DNA from: Rickettsiales bacterium
GTDB lineage: Bacteria; Pseudomonadota; Alphaproteobacteria; Rickettsiales; UBA1997
Direction of reading: 5' to 3'
NCBI GenBank assembly: GCA_047619265.1
Contig: JBLHNE010000001.1
Coordinates: 1-26,735, forward strand
DNA length: 26,735 nucleotides
Shown: positions 17,264-23,605 of the stretch, piece after piece
Position numbering within the stretch: the first letter of the stretch is position 1
Layout of the letters: every line of letters starts with the position of its first letter
Notes under the pieces: generated by a model
Databases searched by the model: none
What the model saw: the letters and a program-made list of their open reading frames with translations, nothing else
Told to the model about the DNA's origin: nothing
Program-made: the position numbers and the translations under genes

Positions 17264-19006
17264 CTAAACTATTTTTCCGTAAATTGTTTTTCCGTTTTTT
17301 GCACTATCTTGATAGATGATGTTTTTAACAAATTCGGAATCAGTATCTCTAAATGCCTCAAGATCTCTATTGATTTCTTTCTTTTCTACTCCGGCCGATA
17401 AAAGACCGGCTTTTCCAAGCTGTAAGCCAGTTTCAAGATTTTTTGAAACCACCAAACTAGCTCCTACTCTTTTGAATCTATCGGCATTACTTAAAGTTTC
17501 AGTTTTGGTTACAAGAGTTATTTGCGGAAAATTTTCGTGAATAAATCTAGTAATTTTGATGCAGGCAAGCTCGTCTTCCATGGCCACAATCACTGTTTCT
17601 GCTTTGTCGATTCCGACATATTTTAAAATATCAAGATTCATGGCATCTCCATAATAAATATTGTATCCGTTGGATTTTTCTATTCTAACCACGCGATGAT
17701 TATTATCTAAAATGAGGTAGTTAATGTCGCGTTTGCGCAAAAGATGGCCGACAATGCGCCCAACTTTTCCAAAGCCAATGACCACAATATGTTTAGAAAT
17801 ATCGCCAATTTCTCTTTTAATTTTATTATCGTGAAGTACATCTTTAATGTAGATTTGGCCTTTAATTTTCTTACCAATGGAAGCCAATAATGGAGTGACT
17901 GCCATGCTAAGAGTTACCACAGTCATTAATATTTGCGATAGTTCGGGGCTCATAATTTTTTGTTGCACCGCAATAATAAACACGATGAAAGCAAATTCTC
18001 CGCCTTGAGCGAGAAGCAATCCAGAGTGAATTGAAGGCGCTAGAGGAAATTTAAATAGGCGACATAGGCCAATAACGATTAGAGCTTTACAAACAATTAA
18101 TGCCACAGCAATGACGATAATTAAATGCAGGTTTTCAAGAAGAGTTTGAAAGTTAAAAGACATTCCAATGGTGATAAAGAATAGGCCCATCAAAAGCGAT
18201 TCTAAGGACATTATCTCGTTTTCAACCCGATATTTGTATTCGGTTTCTGCAACCATTAATCCTGCGACAAAAGCGCCAAAAGCAAGGGAAAGACCGAGTT
18301 TGTAGGTAATTAAGGACGATCCAAAAATTACGATTAAAGTTACGCTTAAAAACAGAGCATTACTTTTTAAGGCAACAACTAGTTTGAATATTGGTTTTAA
18401 TAAGAATCGACCAATGACAAAAATAATTGCCATGGCAATTGAGGCATCGACAACTGCGCCACCAAAGGCTTTGGGAATGCTAAGATCGGGGTTGGATAGA
18501 AGTGGCAGTAAAACTAGAATTAGAATTACCGCTAAATCTTGCATGAGTAGAACTGAGAAAGAAAGCCTTCCAACCCTAGTAGATTTTTCACCACTTTCGT
18601 CGATGACTTGTAGAACAATTGCGGTTGAGGAAAGCGATAGAGCGGCGCCAATTAAGAGTGATAATTCGGGGCTTAAGCCTAGATTGTAGCAGATCAATCC
18701 GATAATGGCGGAAGTTATTATTATTTGTAAACTGCCAAAACCCAGCACATATTTTTTCATCGCAACAAGCTTGCTTAGCGTGAGCTCGAGGCCAATTGCA
18801 AAAAGTAGAAATACTACACCAAATTCGGCAATTGCGCTGGTAGTTTTGTTTTCTTGCAAAAGTGCTAAGCCGTTTGGGCCAATTGCTGCGCCAGCAACCA
18901 AATATCCAAGGGCAGGGCTTAAGCCTAATTTTTTAAAAACAATAACAATTGCAACCGAAGCAAGAAGTAAAATTAGGATGTCTTTTAAATAGCCAATATC
19001 GTGCAT
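17264..19006 (-). CDS. kefB: CPA2 monovalent cation:proton antiporter with TrkA-N domain (KefB/KefC-like)
   Basis: Many TM helices. Motifs GVVFLLFAIGLE, SSTAIV, QDL, GAFVAG and QGGEFAF, plus a C-terminal Rossmann fold (GFGKVG, YGDA). Confidence 0.85.
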   Translation of the reverse strand: MHDIGYLKDILILLLASVAIVIVFKKLGLSPALGYLVAGAAIGPNGLALLQENKTTSAIAEFGVVFLLFAIGLELTLSKLVAMKKYVLGFGSLQIIITSAIIGLICYNLGLSPELSLLIGAALSLSSTAIVLQVIDESGEKSTRVGRLSFSVLLMQDLAVILILVLLPLLSNPDLSIPKAFGGAVVDASIAMAIIFVIGRFLLKPIFKLVVALKSNALFLSVTLIVIFGSSLITYKLGLSLAFGAFVAGLMVAETEYKYRVENEIMSLESLLMGLFFITIGMSFNFQTLLENLHLIIVIAVALIVCKALIVIGLCRLFKFPLAPSIHSGLLLAQGGEFAFIVFIIAVQQKIMSPELSQILMTVVTLSMAVTPLLASIGKKIKGQIYIKDVLHDNKIKREIGDISKHIVVIGFGKVGRIVGHLLRKRDINYLILDNNHRVVRIEKSNGYNIYYGDAMNLDILKYVGIDKAETVIVAMEDELACIKITRFIHENFPQITLVTKTETLSNADRFKRVGASLVVSKNLETGLQLGKAGLLSAGVEKKEINRDLEAFRDTDSEFVKNIIYQDSAKNGKTIYGKIV

Positions 19007-19111
19007 TAATGTTGTTTATTTTTTGTGATTGAGTACCCAGATTGTTTTTATCGACCTTTGCTGCGTTCTTCTTTAGCTGGGTTTAAAGAAAATTTTGAGA
19101 GCCTATTAGAC

Positions 19112-19140
19112 TTGCAATATTCTTTTAAATCAAGTAAGTT
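19112..19140 (+). promoter_or_regulatory. Putative sigma70 promoter for dcd
   Basis: TTGCAA (19112-19117), 17-nt spacer, TAAGTT (19135-19140). The -35 hexamer is the same as at ffs. Confidence 0.5.
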
Positions 19141-19207
19141 CTCGCCTCTTTTTTAGAGGCATTAAGACCTCTTTTTGCAAATTATTAAATTTTTTTTACC
19201 AGATAAT

Positions 19208-19777
19208 ATGTCGATAATGTCAGATAAGTGGATTTCTAAAATGTCTAACGAAAATCAAATGATTTCACCTTTTGCAGAATCGCAGGTTAAAGAAGATGAA
19301 AACGGTAAAAAACTAATTTCCTACGGAAATTCCTCTTATGGATATGATGCTCGCGTTTCTGATGAATTTAAAATTTTCACTAATATCGATTCTGCTGTTG
19401 TTGACCCTAAAAATTTCTGCGACACCAGTTTTGTTGATCGCAAAACTCCAGTTTGTATCATTCCACCCAATAGCTTCGCGTTAGCCAGAACTGTTGAATA
19501 TTTTAAAATTCCCGAAGATGTTTTAGTCATTTGCGTTGGAAAATCAACCTATGCCAGATGCGGAATTATTGTCAATGTCACCCCACTAGAACCGGGTTGG
19601 GAAGGGCATGTAACTTTAGAATTTTCTAATACCACACCACTTCCAGCAAAAATTTATGCCTTTGAAGGCGCTTGCCAATTTTTGTTTTTCAAGGGAAACG
19701 AGAAATGTAAAACCTCATATTTAGATCGCGCCGGAAAATACATGGGTCAAACGGGTGTTACTTTGCCTAAGGTTTAA
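19208..19777 (+). CDS. dcd: dCTP deaminase
   Basis: I prefer the ATG 19208 start (MSIMSDKWI) to TTG 19175. Motifs [44 protein letters not shown]. Confidence 0.95.
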   Translation: MSIMSDKWISKMSNENQMISPFAESQVKEDENGKKLISYGNSSYGYDARVSDEFKIFTNIDSAVVDPKNFCDTSFVDRKTPVCIIPPNSFALARTVEYFKIPEDVLVICVGKSTYARCGIIVNVTPLEPGWEGHVTLEFSNTTPLPAKIYAFEGACQFLFFKGNEKCKTSYLDRAGKYMGQTGVTLPKV

Positions 19778-20030
19778 TAGTTTCTTCAGGAATACCAAAT
19801 ACCATCTTTAATAAACTTGATCTTTTGAGTCTAAATACCCTATTAAAGATAGGACTTAGTATAATTTAGTGTTCAAAAAAGGTTGATCCATCAGTAAGGT
19901 TAGCGACTAAAACCTCAAACAAAACTCCATCACAATTTTCCACAGATTTCACAGAAATATCACCCCAAAAGCTTTCATGACTCGCTTGTAAAATGGCAAT
20001 CCTAAACTTATTTTTCTTGGCCAGTTCGCC

Positions 20031-20053
20031 GGTCGTGGTTTGTAACCACGACC
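20031..20053. repeat. Perfect inverted repeat GGTCGTGGTT-TGT-AACCACGACC
   Basis: 10-bp arms with a 3-nt loop. Confidence 0.9.
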
Positions 20054-20184
20054 ATATCCGATGTCATAAAATCATCAAAAATAGAATCTATTTTATCCGC
20101 AGAAATGCCAAAAACACTTCGTCGCTTTTCGTCGCCTTCGGCTTGAAGACGACTCGTGCCCGAAAAAAATCACAGATTTTTTCC

Positions 20185-20225
20185 ATAAAACCTAAAAACA
20201 GCTGTTCGCTGTTTTTAGGTTTTAT
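20185..20225. terminator. Perfect 18-bp stem hairpin, terminator-like on both strands
   Basis: ATAAAACCTAAAAACAGC-TGTTC-GCTGTTTTTAGGTTTTAT. Confidence 0.55.
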
Positions 20226-20275
20226 CCATCCAAATATCAATTCGAGCGCGATAATAAAGCAAGTTTCTAATCAAA

Positions 20276-20326
20276 TGGGTAGCTTTACATAAAAGAACGT
20301 ATCCCGACACTTGATTTTTATAGAGT
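20276..20326 (+). repeat. Candidate Tn3-type terminal inverted repeat downstream of tnpA
   Basis: (T)GGGTAGCTTTACATAAAAGAACGTATCCCGACACTTGATTTTTATAGAGT, located just 3' of the tnpA stop with the GGG end pointing outward. Confidence 0.55.
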
Positions 20327-20344
20327 CAATTTTTAACCTTCCAG

Positions 20345-21505
20345 CTACCCACCCACCTCAAACCTTCCAATCTGCTCCATATCAAAATCAGAGCTATTTT
20401 GATTAGCAGCCGTAAAGTCATATTCTCCATAAAAATTAACATGGCGCCAAGTGATGATTGATCCGTTAAGTATTATTTTGATCATTTCTTGCTGCTTCTC
20501 TTCATCTTTTTGCTCCATAAGAAGCCTTGTCAAATAAAGATAATTCCACAGCACAATTACGTTTTGAATTAATCGCCGACAATTAACAATAATCTCCTGC
20601 TCTTCTTTACTCTCAACATCGAACTCCTGATTATTCCCAAAAAATACTGCCTTGGCAAATTTATGGGATAACTCAATTAGATTTAATTGTTTTTCAATAG
20701 CTTGTCTGAGTTCAAGGTCGTCATAATATTTTAAAATGAATATGGTTTTGGTAATTCTGCCAAATTCTTGAAGACCTTTATATAAAGGGTTCTGTTTGGC
20801 GTAAGAACTCAATCTTTTAAATATTTGAGAAGCTGATGAATGCTTAAGTTTTATGGTAGCAATCAATCTTAAAATATCTTCCCAATTTTCTCTCATATAT
20901 TTTTCATCAATATATTCTGAAGGTAATATTTTGTAGCCTTTATCCTTAAAATCTTTAATTTTTTGATCTTTGAAAGAGTAAAGTTTTTGCTTCTTTAGAT
21001 TTTTAATCCTTGGGGCAAAAAAGATTCCCAGCATATGAGTGGCTGCAAATATGGTCTCAGTGTAGCCATGGGTATCAGTTGAGTGAATATCACTTCTGAT
21101 TTCATCATTATGCATTAATCCATCAATCATAAATGGCGCTTCTCGCTCTGCACTACTGAAGGCGGAGTTGTAATAAGATCTGCCCTTTTCATCACCAAAA
21201 CTGTAAATGCTGACTCCTTTTTCTTTACCGTGATATTTGAAAGAATAATTAGAATTTAGAGAATCAACGGCAATATTAAATTTCTGCCCATCTGATGCGG
21301 TGTGGGATTTATTTTGGTTCATCAAAAATAGATTTGTCAGGCTCAAATTATCAATATGTTTATTGACGATGTTGTTTGCTGCATAGAGGCTATCCAAGCT
21401 AAAATACCAATTTATGGTATTTTGCAAGGTGTTGATATTTATCTCTTTTGAGGTTCTGGCTATTTTATTGGTGTCAATATCATCTAAATATTTTGATAAA
21501 AACAC
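20345..21505 (-). pseudogene. tnpA: Tn3-family transposase, 5'-truncated (catalytic DDE domain only)
   Basis: Motifs TASDGQ, HSTDTHGYT, QLNLIE...AVFFG, and WRHVNFYGEYDF. It is 386 aa versus about 1000 aa for full Tn3 TnpA. There is an in-frame stop at 21517-21515, and recognisable homology starts near 21480 (IDTNKIART). Confidence 0.9.
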
Positions 21506-21698
21506 ATCGAAGATTTAAAGAAAGCATGTAAAATCGTTTCAGTATAAAGACGTAAAATCCGATACCAAAAAAGAAAAGCATCAACAATCTATCAAGATTT
21601 TAGATCTGATGATTAAAAATAGTAAAAATCTTGGGAAAGACAGGTTTTAGTTTTTAACCTTTTTATGATTCCTGTATTATTTAACTCAATTTAAACAA

Positions 21699-22046
21699 AT
21701 GACCTTCATCAACAAAGCAATAATTCAAGGCAATCTAGGATCTGATCCTGTTATGAAGCCAAAAAAAGGCGGAAAATTCGTCATTTTTTCAGTTGCCACT
21801 GAGGTTGAATATTCAGACAAAAATGGCGTTCAAAGAAAATTTGTTGAATGGCACAATGTTGCAGTTTTTGATGATTTTCTAACGTTGCTTGCCAGAGGTA
21901 ATTTTAAAAAAGGTGACTTAATAAGGGTTGAAGGAACTCTATCAACAACAAGCTGGGAAGGAGCTGATGGTAAAACTAATTATCGAACTCAAATTGTGGT
22001 TAGAAATTCTAAAATTCATAAACTTGAAAAAATAAAACTTCCTTAA
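21699..22046 (+). CDS. ssb: Single-stranded DNA-binding protein, OB fold only
   Basis: NKAIIQGNLGSDP, FSVAT, EWHNVAVF, KKGDLIRVEGTL..W. Ends KLEKIKLP with no acidic tail. Confidence 0.88.
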   Translation: MTFINKAIIQGNLGSDPVMKPKKGGKFVIFSVATEVEYSDKNGVQRKFVEWHNVAVFDDFLTLLARGNFKKGDLIRVEGTLSTTSWEGADGKTNYRTQIVVRNSKIHKLEKIKLP

Positions 22047-22152
22047 AATCTCCCTTTTATGGAAAAATTTAATTTTCCAGAACGATTCCGATTTTCCCCC
22101 AAATTCATTCCATAAATTCCTCCACAAATCAAAGTGCATAAATATAATGCAT

Positions 22153-22180
22153 TTTTAGCATAAGTTTTATTAATATCGGA
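22153..22180 (-). other. dif/Xer-like site A (28 bp)
   Basis: Minus strand reads TCCGATATTAA-TAAAAC-TTATGCTAAAA. The right arm is 9/11 identical to the E. coli XerD arm TTATGTTAAAT. The left arm is degenerate. Confidence 0.4.
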
Positions 22181-22235
22181 CTTTAGTCTCGGCAATTATA
22201 TTAAAATAATTTTTTAGAATAATTTAAAAATAAAT

Positions 22236-22571
22236 ATGGAAATACCGAAAGATATAGAGGCGGAAATTTACTTTCTAACATCAAAAGAAGGTGGAAGATC
22301 TTCCCCAGCTTGTGATGGTTATAGACCCCAATTTTACTACAATAATCATGACTGGGATGCTCGTCATTTATACCCCGATGTAGAAAAAGTTAATCCTGGC
22401 GATACAGTTCGAACATATCTTGGCTTTATGAGTCCTCAGGAACATTTCGGTAAAGTTTATGTTGGTATGGAATTTTTGGTTCGCGAAGGCTCGCGTATAG
22501 TTGGGAAGGGTAAAATCACAAAAGTTCTTGAATTAGAAAAATCTGCAAAGAATTCCGCTGGTATTAGATAA
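22236..22571 (+). CDS. Stand-alone EF-Tu C-terminal (domain 3)-like protein
   Basis: EAEIYFLTSKEGGRSSP...GYRPQFY...PGD...GMEFLVREGSRIVGKG parallels EF-Tu EAEVY.LSKEEGGRHTP...GYRPQFY...PGD...GLRFAIREGGRTVGAG. No GTPase domain or domain 2. Confidence 0.85.
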   Translation: MEIPKDIEAEIYFLTSKEGGRSSPACDGYRPQFYYNNHDWDARHLYPDVEKVNPGDTVRTYLGFMSPQEHFGKVYVGMEFLVREGSRIVGKGKITKVLELEKSAKNSAGIR

Positions 22572-22600
22572 AATAAAAAGATTTTTTAAGAATAGTTAAC

Positions 22601-23248
22601 ATGAAAATCTACGCAATTAGCGGGCTTGGGGCAGATGAGAGAGTTTTTGATTTTTTAAAACTTGATTACGAACTTGTTCCAATAAAATGGATAGCACCAA
22701 AAGATAATGAGGATATTTCCAAATATTCATTAAGGCTTTCCAAAATAATTGATCAAAGTGAGAAATATGTAATATTGGGAGTTAGTTTTGGAAGCTTGAT
22801 TGCTGTGGAAATGTCAAAAAAGTTAAATCCAGAAATGACAATTTTAATTTCTTTCGTTGAAACCAGCAAAGAATTGAGGTGGATTTATAGATTAGTTGGA
22901 AAATTAAAATTGATAAATTTAATTCCAAAATCTCTTTTAATTCCGCCAAAAAAACTAATTCAATTTCTCTTTGATGCCAAAAATACCAAACTTCTAAATA
23001 AAATTCTTGATGATACTGACCCCAATTTTGCAAAATGGGCACTTAGGGTTTTACTGAATTGGGAGAGTGATTATAAATTAAAAAATTCTTTAAAAATAAA
23101 TGGTACAAAAGATAAATTAATTCCTCCTCCAAGAATTACTGATGGAGTAAAATTAATTAAAGACGGTGGACATTTTATGGTTGTTGATAAGGCTGATGAA
23201 ATAAGCCGAGAAATAAACAGTAGTTTGGCATTAATCACTCAGAACTAA
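22601..23248 (+). CDS. Alpha/beta hydrolase
   Basis: ISGLGAD oxyanion region, GVSFG nucleophile elbow, GTKD acid and GGHF His. It lies 29 bp after the EF-Tu D3 gene. Confidence 0.88.
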   Translation: MKIYAISGLGADERVFDFLKLDYELVPIKWIAPKDNEDISKYSLRLSKIIDQSEKYVILGVSFGSLIAVEMSKKLNPEMTILISFVETSKELRWIYRLVGKLKLINLIPKSLLIPPKKLIQFLFDAKNTKLLNKILDDTDPNFAKWALRVLLNWESDYKLKNSLKINGTKDKLIPPPRITDGVKLIKDGGHFMVVDKADEISREINSSLALITQN

Positions 23249-23347
23249 GGTCTAATAGAAAGATTGAAGATCTTCAGAAATGATTCCTCCATTTATTAAA
23301 ATCTAAATTCCAGAAAAAATCCAACATCCCCATTTTCTAAAAAAACC

Positions 23348-23377
23348 ATTCCACATAATCAGCTTTTTATGGAAAGC
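23348..23377 (+). other. Second Xer-like dyad with 8-nt spacer
   Basis: ATTCCACATAA-TCAGCTTT-TTATGGAAAGC. Confidence 0.3.
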
Positions 23378-23391
23378 TATTTTTAAAAAGC

Positions 23392-23419
23392 AGTAGACAT
23401 AACGCATTTTATGTTAACT
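23392..23419 (+). other. dif/Xer-like site B (28 bp)
   Basis: AGTAGACATAA-CGCATT-TTATGTTAACT. It has 11-6-11 geometry, a CATAA/TTATG core, and a right arm 10/11 identical to TTATGTTAAAT. Confidence 0.62.
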
Positions 23420-23547
23420 ACTTTTAGTTTTGAGTTAAATTTCAGGTGCTAGAATTTCGACAGAGTAGATTAGGTGTGCAAATGAGGTAATTTTAAAAAA
23501 TATTCCATTTCGCGTTTTTGTGATTATTATTTTTTACCATAAATTTT

Positions 23548-23572
23548 TTTTTGTAAAAAAAACTTACAAAAA
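23548..23572. promoter_or_regulatory. Operator-like dyad upstream of the 818-aa gene
   Basis: TTTTTGTAA-N7-TTACAAAAA, 33 nt before ATG 23606. Low complexity, so this is weak. Confidence 0.25.
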
Positions 23573-23605
23573 TAAACTTTCAGGATCTAACTTTAAATTT
23601 CATTT

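Noticed and set aside
19175-19207. TTG-start N-terminal extension of dcd
   Set aside because: Dcd homology begins at MSIMSDKW (ATG 19208).
19993-20292. 99-aa plus-strand ORF
   Set aside because: No recognisable motifs. It runs through the hairpin cluster into the IR and is probably spurious.
21506-21698. Frameshifted continuation of tnpA
   Set aside because: I translated all three minus frames over 21481-21600 and found no Tn3-like motif, so this is a true truncation.
22131-22155. Dyad AAAGTGCATAA-ATA-TAATGCATTTT as a Xer site or ARG box
   Set aside because: The spacing fits neither the 6-8 nt Xer spacer nor the ARG-box centre.
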